Below, piece by piece: positions 12,136 to 25,600 of a stretch of 64,000 nucleotides of DNA; position 1 is the stretch's first letter; each line of letters opens with the position of its first letter. The notes beneath the pieces are model-generated. The model did not search any database. It was not told where the DNA came from and saw nothing but the letters and a program-made list of their open reading frames with translations. Where the stretch lies: the NCBI RefSeq assembly GCF_024521635.1, contig NW_026250409.1, positions 496,001 through 560,000 of the forward strand, written 5' to 3'. Source of the stretch: Tricharina praecox (lineage: Eukaryota). The translations under genes and the position numbers were made by a program.

Positions 12136-13161
12136 TGATCGCACGAGTAGGTGGACTGGTCACTGGGCGCAATGCCGATGCTTTGTTGCTGCTGTCCGAG
12201 GAGGAGGAGGAGGAGGAGGAGGAAATGTGTTGTGTAGATATGTACATATGGACGGCAATATCAATATCAATCCCCCATGAGTATCCCCCCCACTAACCAT
12301 GATCTGGTTTGCTGGTGGAAGTGATATCGTGTGATTCCCTGCCGCATTAGTAGCAGTGGCCGTTGGACGGGGACCGTGTCATATGTGTGGAAGTAGAAAA
12401 CGGATAGTCCATTACGATAGGACGTAAATAATGTATTAGAGCTGAAGTGGTATAGAAGAAGTCTAGCAAGCTTTTTTGGCAAATAGGTCTCCAAGTTCAC
12501 GAGGATGGGGTAGGTATAAAGTAGTTGGGTACCTAAAATCGCCAGCTGATGCAGTATTTTAGTTACGAGATAGGCTGTGCTTAAATAATGCACGACATAC
12601 ATAGGCCTCATATCGCTATCCATTAGGCTTGAAGCTCTTTACAATACAAAACCGTGCCCGGGCAGATCAAAACCGTGCCCAGGTACGGTAGATCAACTCG
12701 CAACGTGCGCATAACTATGACAAATTAATTTCCGCATCCCCCCTCTTTTCCTCCAGCTTCCCACCATTTTGATAGGGTATAACTAACAAGTACTACTACT
12801 ACTATGACTACAGTTAAGGGGCAGACAACTATACATGGTTGGTATATTGAGAGTAAGAAATAGGCAGGCAGGCTATGATCGATCGATAACGATCACCAGT
12901 ATTACATACTGCACAACGCAATAAAGATATCCCATAACAGAACATAACAGAACAGAGGGATTGGAGTCTGAAGTAAAACGAAACCCGAAAAACGAAACCC
13001 CCAAAACGCCGCTGTCCAAAAGTCCCACGTCCATTCGTAGGTCATCCCACCGCACCCCCATCAACGGCCACTGAAACAAAAAAAAAAGAAAGAAAAAACA
13101 TAGGATCCGCAAAGACAGGACAAAGGCACGGATGAATGGAGAACATGGCACCAACAGAAAC

Positions 13162-15156
13162 TCACATGGACGCCCAGAGAGCCAGCGAACCCGCTAGCAC
13201 ACCCAGCCACCACACGCCGACCACATGTCTCGACGCCGCGCTAAGGAAATACACCGCGCCCAGATAGCTACACGTAATATCGCCGGCGTCGTCTCGTTCG
13301 CCGTAGCTCATCTCCTTCCCCCACGTGAAATCCCTGGGACACGTGAAGCCCAACTGGGAGGGGCAGCTCTGCACCAGCGTCCAGCACAAGTCCTTGCACG
13401 GCCGGACCTCCTTGTATGCACCGGGCTTGACAATCTCGTCGATTTTCGTGTTCCTACTAGGAACCCTACTCATGCTTTGGTTGCCGTTTTTGAGCCAGCC
13501 GCCAGAGCTCGTCCACTCGTCGATTTCGTCCTGTGCGAGTTTAGGCATGAACGGATGTTGTTGCCATGCCGAGTCGGTGTTATTCCAGAACAGCTTGTTG
13601 GAGGAGCGCTCGGCGAGGTAGGGTAGGTTTGAGGAGTGGTCCATGCACCGGGGAATCGTGACGGCGCAGAGCCAGTTCTTGTAGGCGGCAGAGCAGTCGT
13701 CGCAGTTGCGGACAAGACTGTAGGCGGCCGAGTTCGAGGCGTTGCATTGGATTTGCTGGAGCGAGTAGGTAAAGTTCTTCCACCACTTGGCTGACAGGTC
13801 GTCGTAGAAATCTTTGAGCGCGATGTTTCCAAAAACGGTGGGATTGCTGGGCACCGCGTACGCAACCTCGGAGCAGAAGGGAAGGTCGTAGATGATCTCG
13901 CAGTTGCCGTCGGTCTTTGTTTTGAGCGATACCGGCCGCCAGAGAATCCCCGAAGTGTCGGACGTCGTCTTGTTGCGTGGACGCGCAAGGTATCCGGCAT
14001 ATTCGGAGGAGCGGTTCAACTCCCTTAGGTGGAACTGTTGCTTCGAAAAGTTTCCTAGGCCACGGGTGGTTCTGGAAACGGCCGAGTTGGCGGGACGGAT
14101 GCGGGCGAGTTGGCGCACGGCGCAGTAGCTCTTCTCCAACCCTACGAACCGACTCGTGGTTGCGCGGTTTTCTGCGTACATTGTGTATGGATGATACAAA
14201 GAGTCCGCAAGATCAGCAGCGGTTTCGTCCACACCTCCGCTCTTCGACGAATGCTCCGTCATGTTCCCCGTTATCAACAGCGCCGTGGAATCGTCCGTAT
14301 CAACCAGATAGAGAAACTGGTCCTCACTGAACCCATGGTAGGGCTCCTCCGTCGATAGTGAGATCTCATAGTTCCAGGGCGGATTCTCTAGCCATGCCGT
14401 CTTCTGGCTAGACGGTCGTGATTCGGCATACACCCCGACCCAAATATCGCCCGTCGCAACGATGTCTAACCTCCCGAAACCCATATCGACCGGCAGTACA
14501 TACTGCACATTATCATCCACTTTTGGCCCTGGTGCTTTATTACTCGTGGAATTCGAGACGTATACTTGAAGCTGTGGCGGTTGGCTCGACGCATGGTCAT
14601 CGGTCGTATTCGATACCGGCTGAAGACAAGTGTTGAAGGTGATATAAACCGTCCTATTCCGGACCGTTTGTCGGCTCTCCAATCCTGCACCGTAGTCGCC
14701 CTCGTAGTCGTCATCCCACCGTTTCCTCAGCTCACCACGTCTCCGCTGTTCATTGTCATCATCATCCTCCTGGTCCCCGAAAATCCGGGCCGCCGACAAG
14801 TGATGCACCCAGTTATCCCCCCAGTCGATGTTCTGTGCCCTGACCACACTGTTCTGCTCCTCGCGCGTAAAGGTCGACCGTTTTGAATGCGTAGAGATTG
14901 TCCGGTCGACCTGCGCCCCGCCAATGCCCACGCCATCCAGCCCCGAGTGTCCTAATCCTCCTAGCCCACCCCCGAGCCCGCCAATAACTACGTCGGCGTA
15001 AAAGCTGGGCTCGCCGCCACTGCCGCTGCCATCAAGCTCCTCGGCGCAGCTACTCCATCGCGGTGCAAGGATGGCTATGAGCGTGTAAAGGAGTAACACC
15101 GTCATGCTCGGTTTCCGTCTTCGCCGTCGCCACAGTGGTGGTAATGCCGGTGCCAT
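13162..15156 (-). CDS. MID1: Mid1 stretch-activated Ca2+ channel regulatory subunit (Cch1 partner)
   Basis: Signal peptide, VYITFNTCLQP, LYLVDTDDSTALLITGN, and the Cys-rich C-terminal domain (LPFCSEVAYAVP, CDDCSAAYKNWLCAVTIPRC, YKEVRPCKDLCWTLVQSCP). Hydrophobic tail. Intronless; an alternative ATG lies at 15105. Confidence 0.93.
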   Translation of the reverse strand: MAPALPPLWRRRRRKPSMTVLLLYTLIAILAPRWSSCAEELDGSGSGGEPSFYADVVIGGLGGGLGGLGHSGLDGVGIGGAQVDRTISTHSKRSTFTREEQNSVVRAQNIDWGDNWVHHLSAARIFGDQEDDDDNEQRRRGELRKRWDDDYEGDYGAGLESRQTVRNRTVYITFNTCLQPVSNTTDDHASSQPPQLQVYVSNSTSNKAPGPKVDDNVQYVLPVDMGFGRLDIVATGDIWVGVYAESRPSSQKTAWLENPPWNYEISLSTEEPYHGFSEDQFLYLVDTDDSTALLITGNMTEHSSKSGGVDETAADLADSLYHPYTMYAENRATTSRFVGLEKSYCAVRQLARIRPANSAVSRTTRGLGNFSKQQFHLRELNRSSEYAGYLARPRNKTTSDTSGILWRPVSLKTKTDGNCEIIYDLPFCSEVAYAVPSNPTVFGNIALKDFYDDLSAKWWKNFTYSLQQIQCNASNSAAYSLVRNCDDCSAAYKNWLCAVTIPRCMDHSSNLPYLAERSSNKLFWNNTDSAWQQHPFMPKLAQDEIDEWTSSGGWLKNGNQSMSRVPSRNTKIDEIVKPGAYKEVRPCKDLCWTLVQSCPSQLGFTCPRDFTWGKEMSYGERDDAGDITCSYLGAVYFLSAASRHVVGVWWLGVLAGSLALWASM

Positions 15157-16078
15157 CGTTTCGTTCGTCTGTTCGTTCGTTCGTTCGCTGGTCGTTAAAA
15201 ACACAGTAGGTAAGAGGCAGGTTGCAAAGGTGTGTTTATCGAGGTGGTAGTAGCATAACGAGGAATGTTTACGGAGAAGACAAGGCGACCGACGGGCGGA
15301 ATAAGCGGAAGTGACGCGCAAGCGAGTTTCAGGGATACCCAGAAGGGTCCTATCTCTAGCGGTGTCCGATTCGACGACCGGATCCCTCAGCGGACAACGA
15401 ACTCACTGACTAGCGGGGGAAGACCTGGAGAGGTCCTGGTGATAGTTACGAAGGGGAGAAGAAAGCTGAAGGCTTTTTTGATTGCAGTTATCGCTACACA
15501 AGCTCCACAGATCTCCATAAACAAAGACACTCTATCCCGGAAACGGTAGGAGGGGCCAGATTACCTGGTAATTAGACCCCTGTGGGACCATTATTCTGGG
15601 CTGCACATGCCAGGAACCATTTGGATACATATTGGTAGAAAACTATGGGTATTGAGGTCAGGGCATATGATCACCCGTACAACAGAAGTTGCAGTTCTTA
15701 AAACAACCCATATCCACGGTCAGAATCACTAGCAATCACCGTCACCACGAGACATGTACCATCATCCATAATCACCAAAAATTAGGTACTAAAGAAGTAC
15801 GAGATATGTACTAGCAAAGATCCCTATGGCAAGCCATATCAATATTGCGAAGCTCTCCTCTCCAGTTATTACAGGCTCGTTACTCTACACATCCACAGTA
15901 ACCCTCATCTCGGAGGAGGAGGAAGGGAGGAAGGAACACAAACACCCGGAACGACTAATACAATGCTCGATACACTCCAAAGGCCATGCAAAATTGCGCA
16001 GAAACGAATTGAATTGCCCTTCACTCCCCCAAGCCCCCCCTAACCCCAATCCAATCCCACACAAAGGCGGCCAGGCGT

Positions 16079-18482
16079 TCAGCGATGTGAGCCATTTGTG
16101 CCGTTCGTCGGCCCCGACATCAACGACTCCATGTACTTCTCATAATCGTAGCCTTGCCTTCCGTTTTCAAGTGTTATTGCTGGCATCGTCTTGACCAAGT
16201 CATCGATCATAGAGTCCGGAATCAGACTGTGTCGTAGGTCCACCTCCGTCACGTACTCCTTGCCGTCGGCCACCTCTCTGAAACTTTGGTAGACTTGCTC
16301 GGCCGAGTTTTGGTCCTCGGTTTCTTCCACCATGAAGCGAATGAACTGTTCGAACGTGACCTGGGTTCGGCCCTCACTGACATCTTCGAACACCTCGTGC
16401 ATCTCCTCTTCATCGTATACGAGACCCAAGGAAGCCAGAGCAGCGGAAAACTCCAGTTCCTGGAGGGTATTGGAGTGATCACGATCAAAGTGGCGGAATA
16501 CAGATTCCCATTCCTCTAGCTGTATTGGCGTGAGGTTGGTCATGTTTCGCGCAACGATCTTACACGTCAGTATATGGCAACCGGTTGGGCTGGATCGATG
16601 ACAAGTACCTGATTCTCCAAAAAGCCCAGCTTCTTGGTCACACTCCCCTTCGCGAGTCCGTACTCATACTCCAGGTCGTCGTAAGAATGGACAGTGTAAT
16701 CATTCTCCTCAACATTAGCTTCCTCACAATCTTGATCCAGTTTCTTGATGCGATGCAGCTCTTGCTCCAGAGGTATGACGTTGCTGTGTAGGCTTCGTAC
16801 GATGTTGAGTTGGCGCTGGGAAAGGACACTGTTAGCACCAGTGCCGGCACGCGATGCGATAGAGCGCTTACCTCCGGATCGCCAGCCAACCCACTGATCT
16901 CCATAGTTACAGTGTTTAGGCATAGGGCAAACTCGTTCGCCGCCTCGGAGAATTGCTTCCTGAGCCACTCTTTGATTCTAAGCTAGTTTTTAGCATGATC
17001 TCTTGTTGACACATTAGGAATTGCGCTACATACTCTCGGATCTTCTGGTTTATCTGCACACTCCTCCTGTTCTCGGCCTGCATCAAGCTGGTCCACACTC
17101 TGTCTAGGTTCGGAAGGCTGAGATGTGCGGGTGGAGTGTAATCCTTGAGACCGTATGTACCGAGCTTCGTCTTGATATTTCCTAGCAACGACATGAGGTC
17201 TGCCTTTTCGGCTACCCATGTCCTCTTCAGTGTGCGCTTGTATTCGGCAAACTTCATCGATTGTTGCTTTGCGTCCACATAGGTGCCCTCAAAAGTCGCT
17301 GCTTCCCATTGTTTCCGGGTCTCGTCGATTTGCTTCAGAAGCTAGATAGGTAATTGGACATCAGCACGTGGTTCTCGCTTGCGACACGTGGGCTTTTTTT
17401 TCCACTAACCTCCGTCATTCGTTTCTCGTAATTATGTTGCATCTCCCACGCGCTCTGCATGACCTCGACGAACTTCTCGACTCTCCGTCCAGCAGTCTCG
17501 ATCCTGTCCAGGTGCGAGAAGGCATGGAACCAATACGCGATGTAGGTCATCATACTCTTCTCGTCGGGCTTCGGCACGTCGCACACGTCCTCGACATCTA
17601 GCAGCGATGGAATACCGATCTCTTCACTCGCGATCTTGAAAGCAAGGGCGGTATTGCCCTTGTGGTCGCTCTTGTCGAGTTGATCGAAGTCGATCAGATC
17701 TGGGCGATGGATGTCCAACAAAGCGCAACTGCCAAAGTCAGCACATTGGGAAAGATCGACAAGGTCGCATTTCCGAGCCATACAATGCCAGTCCGTCGTT
17801 CCAACTCGCCGAGAAGTCACGCACCTGCACCCCCGGGTAGCAGGCCGTTTTCCGTTTACACCATAGCAAAAGACCTTCCTTCGCAGTCAAGCCTTCGGCG
17901 CTGTTCGGATCGTCAGTCTCATCCGGCCAGAATATGAGGGGGGTTCGTCGCCCGTGGCTACGTACTTGATGTCTGTGATGGTGAACCGGAGAATCAACGT
18001 CCATATCAGGCCCAAGATCAACTTGAGACTTCCATCGACGATATCCTCCGCGCCAATGTTGTACAATCCGATGCCGCGGCCTTTGATAAACTCGAGGGAT
18101 TTGTGTACATTTTCGCACTTCTGCACCCGCAGCCGTGGATTCGAGGCGTACTTTCCGAGCGATTCGTTGCCGAGGATTTCTAGAAGGTGGATCAAGACCA
18201 CCTGTTACATTCCGGGTTGCGATGTCAGACCCGGGCTTTGGTATGCCAACAAAACACAAGTCGACGAGGGAATGCACGTACACCATCACTGAGACCCGTC
18301 TGTAGTGATTCAACGGGCTTCAACTGCCTCACTGCGAGCTTGGAATTGAGCCTATAGGTTTACAAGTGAGCACAACTCCGGGGAGGGACGAGAAGCGCCG
18401 CCGCGGCCTGTGGAGGGGCGACACACCATTTTCTGAATGTCTTGTCCTGGGTGATGACCCACTGTGGACTCGCCATTGGCAT
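16079..18482 (-). CDS. ain1: Alpha-actinin-like protein (2 CH domains, spectrin-like repeats, EF hands), 8 introns
   Basis: CH1 motifs [10 protein letters not shown] and [27 protein letters not shown]2 motifs AKEGLLLWC and [20 protein letters not shown]-terminal EF hands [12 protein letters not shown]. Eight GT-AG introns were traced. Confidence 0.95.
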
Positions 18483-21400
18483 GAAGCGGTAGCGAGGGGT
18501 ACGGGAACTAGGTAGGTAAGCGGGTCGAGGAGCCGGATCGAGGAGTCAGCGGTGCAGAAGCGGTTGTGCGATGTCGACGGCACTTGTTGTCAACGGGGTT
18601 GAGGTTTTTGGAGTTGATGGAGATCCGGGGGAGTCGGAGGCTCTCTTGTTTCTGCGTTGGAGGTGGGAATCTCCGAGTTGTGGAGTTAACTTGAGGTCGA
18701 ACGATGGCGGCGGTTCAAATTGAGCTTTGGTGTGTGTGGTGCTGCTCTGCTCTACGTCCACCCTGGTCGTCGCTTTTACGCGCCTTTCTGCACTGAGCTT
18801 GCGAATCCTTGCAAACGAAAGAAATGGCTGGCACGGAGGCGAATCAACGCGCACGAAGAGTGAGAGACGGAGGCAATCAGTTAGCGTGGAGCAGCCAAAC
18901 AACGGAGAAACCAACAGACAGATTCACGTCCCTTCGTTTTGCCCTGGTCATCATTCCTCATTCGTCGTTTCACAGAGATTGGGAGAGGTAGCTACTGGCC
19001 ACTGGTCGCTGTGACGACGATCGTGAGGATATCGTGCGTTGCCATAGCACTGCCTCTGGAAATGGGGTCTCATCGACGGTGGCAGAAGCTTGAAAAGGAA
19101 AGGATTCATCATCATAATTGCCTCCATTTGCACCTGCACTAGACTCACCAATCTTAGCGTTTGAAGCCGTTGGGTTGAGACAAAACTCCGCAGCACGTGA
19201 TGCGAAAGGGCGCAAATCCCTTGCCGATTATCCTCACAGATCGTGGAACATCACGGAGGGAAACCATCGAGGTCCAGAGTTGTCCGGGGCATCAAGTGTC
19301 CTCGCATTCATGCTTTTGCACTCCAGCAAGGGCTCTACCGCGCAGCTCGCGGACTTCATATTCTGACGAGCGAGGTGTCAAGGCTACAGACGACGCTGAA
19401 CTTGTGACGAATACAGTCCGCTCGCAACCATCACGAATATGGATGATCTTCGTGCCCCGGAGCAGGGGGAAACCTGATAATCACCCCTAGCCGATCCCTT
19501 GCCGTCCAGTGCCGTCTGGTGGATTTCAGTCCATCGTAGGGACTTTTGCAAGCCTTCGATTACGTTTATGTACCGGCCCTACAGGCCTGGCCTATCCAAA
19601 GGCTAGAGCTGATCGAAAAGTGCAAATATTAGTAGAACGAGTTGCCAATTATAGGGACTTTAAGCTACGTGCGTCTTGTATGAAGTGTGCTATTTTTCCA
19701 TTCGAATTACTTTGCTGGTCCTGCTCTGCAGCAGATTTTTCTCCGTCAAACTGTGCCAAATGCGCCGGTTCCCAACATATTACTAGTCAAAGATTGGCAC
19801 TCTCCAGCCGGCTTCTTCAGGCTTCAGGTCCTCCTACGAACACCAGACGTCCCGCGTCTCAAAGCACCGAAACATAACGGGCAGGTGGAAATGGGCGGCC
19901 TATCCCACCGTGTAAGCGCGATCAACTACGGCGGAATCCAACGTACCAGCTTTCTACTAGTATAAGCGCCCACGGCGTTTCTTTAATATTGGGAGTAAGG
20001 TTATCCTACCAGCCCTATGTAAAGTAATCGGCTGTTTGCGCCAAAGGAGTTTGAGTTTATATTTCTTTGGGATTCCCGGGTTTACAATACTGACTCTCCT
20101 CGTGTCCAGATCCATCGTTATATTGGTAGATGATTTTTGACCAGTTGCATGAGAAAGAGAGACTTTAGACATTTGCCGTTTCCGCACAACCATACGCCAT
20201 GATCAGATTAGAGTAAACCGAAACACTCGACTGAACTGGGTTTCTTTGGAACCAAGCCAAACTCCAGCTCCATTCATACACTCTGGACCACCGAACAAAA
20301 CCAAGCGTTCCAATTCTACTTCTCTATCCTCCTAGACTACTTAGGTGGGCCTTTCATACCCCTAATCAACCACAAGATGCTCGAAGATGTACGTTTCACA
20401 TGTGCACTAAGGAATCTGACGAGTCTCGACGGGTACATACTTCAATACCTATTCCCCACGTCCTTTTCACATTTACGAAGCTCCACGAAGGCAAAGACAA
20501 TACCGAGTCATACATACCAGTCAAGCACCCTGGGATCAATGTCCACGGCGAAGGAGATCTTGAGGGCCCAGTCAATATATCCTGGAAACCAGCGATTCGC
20601 ATTCTCGCAGCGGAGGGGAATGACGAAGAACACCATCCCCAGAAGAGACCGATTCTCCACCGACGCTAGCTACCGGGAGAGCTGTTGTGATAGGGCTATG
20701 TATATGAGTGGCGGCTCGAAGTACAGCCTAAATCACGTGCGTGTCTCCCGCTATCGATCATGACGGCCAAGCCTTTACCGTCACGAACGACATTTTACCG
20801 TGATCCGGCCATATCTAGCCGGAGGATCGCGACAAGTCGCCGTCGCAGATGACAGAACAATCAGCCACCGATCTGGCCTGAAAAAGAGAACACACAAGGC
20901 AGCAGCACATTGCACGTGACACCGACACGAAGAAGTGGGATCGGGATTCAGGACTGCCGTCCACGTCTTTTGCCATCTGAATACCAACTTGATTTGTCAT
21001 CTCAACGTAGGATGTTCCAAACATTGGCGGGTTTCCTCCATGCTGTCCGATAAGCTCCGCTTTGATAATTTGACAGGTGAAGCGAACCTTTATACAACTC
21101 GGCAGTTGTGCTTGCTGCTTGATACCAAGTATCTAAGGCCGGAATAGAAGCCCGTGGTTCTAGTTATAGGTATCGATTGCCTTACCACAAAACCTGGAAA
21201 CTGCGAATTCGAATGGTGGGGTGTTTTTCGTGGGGTTAAAGAGTGCGCTCTGCTATTACGACGGGGGCTTTTGGGCGCGTGGAACTGGACTCTGGAGTAG
21301 CGCTGTTAAGGAAAAAGGATGTCATGCAGCAGCGTCCCGCCGTACAACAATGTCCCGACGCGGCGGCGACTTTTAAATTCCGATCGTGATCCAAAGACCA

Positions 21401-21544
21401 TTGAGTGGGGAAGACTCCCAGAGGCATTGAAATATAGAGAGGGCCCACATTCAGAGCTCATAAGTCAAGGACCCTATCATCCGACTCGCATCCTTTTTCT
21501 CGAGATCCCACCACCAGAACTCTACTCCACATAATTCTACCACC

Positions 21545-23824
21545 ATGGCTGACCGTCTGAAGCAACTCTACCAGCATATCTCTCAGACCACTACACCTCC
21601 TCATCCTTTCGACCCTCTGTCGTCGGTTGAAATCGAGTACGCCATTGCTCTTGTTCGCAGGGATCATGGCAAGCTCGGATATAATGCTATCACTCTCTCA
21701 GAGCCGAAGAAGAAGGAGATGATTGCGTGGTTGGCAGATCCGTCTCTCCCGCGACCGCGGCGGATGGCGGAAATCGTTGCGGTCGACAAGGACTCAGCAC
21801 TCTATGATGGTGTGGCCGACCTCAAGGACGGAAAGATCGTGAGCTGGGAGAAGTTGGCCGGAGTGCAACCACTGGTAGATCCCATTGCGCCTCACAACTC
21901 GTCACTCGCACAATGCTGATCCGAGATGGTCAGATCACAATGGAGGACCTCCAAGACACGGAGAGGGTAGTACGGGAGGATCCGAAAGTGATTGAGCAAT
22001 GCAGAATATTGGGCATCGATGATATGTCCAAAGTCTACTGTGACCGTGAGTTTTACGTTGCCTAGGAACAGCTTGAGATTGCTCACAATAGATCAGCATG
22101 GACGATCGGATATGATGAACGTTTCGGCAGTGATGTCCGCCTTCAGCAGGCGCTCATGTACTACAGGCCGCACGTGGACGACATGCAATATGCATTCCCT
22201 CTGGACTTCTGCCCGATCGTCAACACGGCGACCGGTGAAATCATCCACATTGACATCCCGTCCGTCCGACGGCCCGTCAACACCTTTGCTAGCAACTACA
22301 TGCCACCGGACATCGAGAAGATTGGTGGGTACCGCACGGATATCAAGCCACTAAACATCACGCAGCCAGATGGTGTATCCTTTACCATGAATGGACGCGA
22401 GATCAACTGGCAAAACTTCAACATGCACATCGGCTTTAATTACAAGGAGGGCATCGTTTTGAACAACATCTCTTTCAATGACCGTGGAAATGTCCGCCCT
22501 CTTTTCTACCGTCTTTCGCTGGCTGAGATGGTTGTCCCTTATGGAAACCCCGAGCATCCCCATCAACGCAAGCACGCATTCGATTTGGGCGAATACGGTG
22601 GTGGTTACATGACAAATTCACTCTCGTAAGTTCCAATAAACAACACCAGACAGTGATACAGCTGATGAAGATTCTAGGCTTGGTTGCGACTGCAAAGGTG
22701 TTATCCACTACCTGGATGCTGAGTTTTGCAATCGTGCCGGTGCTCCCGTGACTATAAAGAATGCTATATGCATCCACGAAGAGGACGCGGGTATCCTCTT
22801 CAAGCACACCGACTTCCGCGATGGTTCCACCATTGTGACCCGTGGCCGCAAGCTTGTTATCTCCCAGATTTTCACCGCCGCCAACTACGAATATTGTGTC
22901 TATTGGATCATGCACCAAGATGGAACCATTCAACTGGAGATCAAGCTCACCGGTATCCTAAACACCTACGCAATGGCCCCCGGCGAAGACACCCACGGAT
23001 GGGGAACCGAGGTGCACCCCGGTGTCAATGTCAGTACTCCACGACACCACATTGTTTGTCTTCTCCAATGCTAACTTCTCTAGGCCCACAACCACCAACA
23101 TCTCTTCTGTCTCCGTATCGATCCCCAGATAGACGGCCAGAAGAATACCGTCTTCCAAGTCGACGCAGTACCGGGCGAAGCCGAAGTTGGATCGAAGGAG
23201 AACTTCTACGGCAACGCCTTCTACGCCAAAAAGACACCCTACAAGACGGTCGCAGAGTCCCAGGTTAATTACAACGGAGCTACATCTCGCACCTGGGATA
23301 TCTCCAATACCAGCAAGCTGCATCCCTACTCCAAAAAACCAGCCACCTACAAACTTGTCTCACGCGAGATTCCGGGTCTCCTCCCCAAGCCCGGCAGTTT
23401 GGTCTGGAAGCGGGCCGGCTTCGCTAGACACGCGGTTCAAGTCACCAAATACCAGGACGGCCAACTGCACCCAGCCGGGCGCCACGTACCTCAAACATCT
23501 GGCGAACCATCCCTAGGTCTTCCTGAATGGGTCGGCGATGGAAACGACAAAATAGAGGATGAGGACATCGTGCTATGGCACACATTTGGCCTCACGCACT
23601 TTCCCGCGCCCGAAGATTTCCCCGTCATGCCAGCTGAGCCCATGAGCTTGCTGCTCCGTCCCAGACATTTCTTTCTGCGCAATCCTGTGCTGGATGTACC
23701 GCCTAGTTATGCTAGCACGCCTAGCCAGGTGGCGGCTGGGAAGGGTATCACAGATTTGGCGGATAAGTCGAGTAAATTGGCATTTAGGGCTGCCTTGGAG
23801 ACTGAAGCTTGCTGCAAGAAGTAA
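21545..23824 (+). CDS. Copper-containing primary amine oxidase (TPQ), probably peroxisomal. Introns 21875-21933, 22046-22096, 22626-22677, 23030-23083
   Basis: TPQ motif TAANYEY, Cu ligands HNHQH and THFP, plus AFDLGEYG, LGCDCKG and EDFPVMP. N-terminal RLKQLYQHI is PTS2-like. Confidence 0.95.
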
Positions 23825-25600
23825 GGAGACGAGTAAGGGGGTGGAGGTTGCGATTCGAGCTTGTGGATTCAAGATGAGTGGTTTTATCTTTTGCGATTTT
23901 CTTGTTTCATTGTGTATTACTCTGGTGGTTTCATGTCCTTTCTTTCTTTATGGGTATTTCGTGGTTGCTTCCAAATTGAGTCTGTATTTTTTGAGACTAC
24001 TGGATTTGAATCCGAGCGGTAGTACTACTGGAGACCTTCGGCATCAATCGCACCCCACTTTTTGCTACTGTACTTACTGCCGACAACTAGTCTCCCCAAG
24101 CTCCTTTCCTTGCACATGTGTCTACGACAACTTGTATAAAAACGGAGCGCGGTCAGTACGACAATTCCGTTTACCGAGTGACATTTTATGAATGAGAATA
24201 AATCGGCCATGTAGTTAACCGCTACTCCATCAGTCCAATCCAGTCTCGATCTCGTTGGCTCCGCGCTCCTATTAGGCGCTCGATACAGAGAGAAATGTGG
24301 GTCCATTTCCTAGACAGATATCTAGGTAGCCGAGTTGTGAGTCCACCGGCCTCAGTGCAACCTTCAACGACAGGCCCCGCTGGGCCTTGGAAGAATACTG
24401 AGATCTAATCACCCGCAAAGTGGTTGCAGAAGGAATGCGGAATTGCAGCAGTATTTCTCGACATTTCTCGCAGTAACTTGTGTTCTCTTGGCATTGTGCA
24501 TGATCTGGATGAATCCTGACGCATAGCCAGGTTCGAACGTGAGGCAGAGCATCTGGGCTTGGGTTCGAGCTTTGGGCTCGGACAGTACCTAGAGAACGAA
24601 TTGTGGTACATAGCTGCAACTGTGCAAGTGATAACGAAACGAACGAGATGAATCGGTCAATCAACAAAAGTCCTACGGAAAAGCCCATGCCCGCAAGCAG
24701 AAACGAACTCCATATATACCCATCCCCGGCGCCCAGACCCACCATCCATAGTTACACCCGAGTGTATCTTTAGAGACAATTAAGGTCTCGCCCGAAGACT
24801 CATATTCACTTGCCCCGAGCCATGTGACCCGAGCCACTGCCGTCATTGAGAAGTTCCGCTCCTATCATCGGCACATCCGGCTTGTACATAATCCTCAAAA
24901 AGCTACCTAGTGCACAGGCTCACCTGCCGTTGGGGAAACCCATTCTGTCACAGCGGATCTGAGCGAACGAGGGAGAGAGAGAGAAGTAGTTGTTTAGATA
25001 CAGAAGAGAATGAACGGGCAACAGAGAGAGTATATAAAGAGATACAGGAAAACGAAAACCAAATTCCGTCATATCAATCTTCCAAGGTCATTCCATAATA
25101 TCTCTCCGCATGATATAACTGGTTGATCATTCGTCATCGAGTCAATCCTATGTCGATTACACGCCGGTCACTCTCCTGCCTTGCTCGATGCTTGAGGACA
25201 TTAGAAAGGATTCGTTCACTGGCGAACAATTCCCTCGCCAACCTCAAGGACTCCAGTGGAGCAGAAGGGGGGCAATCACGCCCCGCGGAACCGTCGACAG
25301 AAGCATATGGGATCGCAAGATTGTTCATCAAGAGTGATGCCTCTGTCAGCATTGATTCGGAAACGCTGGTGTCTGGTTCGGAGAGCGGCGGTTGCACGGG
25401 ACTTAGTGTCGGTGAACTGAATGCGCTGGCGGGAAGTTCTAGCAGGCTCTCGAGAATAGAAAGAGAGAACCCGGAGTCCCTAATCGGCATATCCGTCTCT
25501 GTCGGTCGTGGCTCGAGGGTGGGCGAACCCCAATGGCTGGGTGGTAACCAAGGAAGACCCTCGGCACTAACGGCTAGAGAATACGGTGAGCCGGGTCGGT

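Noticed and set aside
12647..12680. Direct repeat CAAAACCGTGCCC x2
   Set aside because: Short local duplication with no other supporting features.
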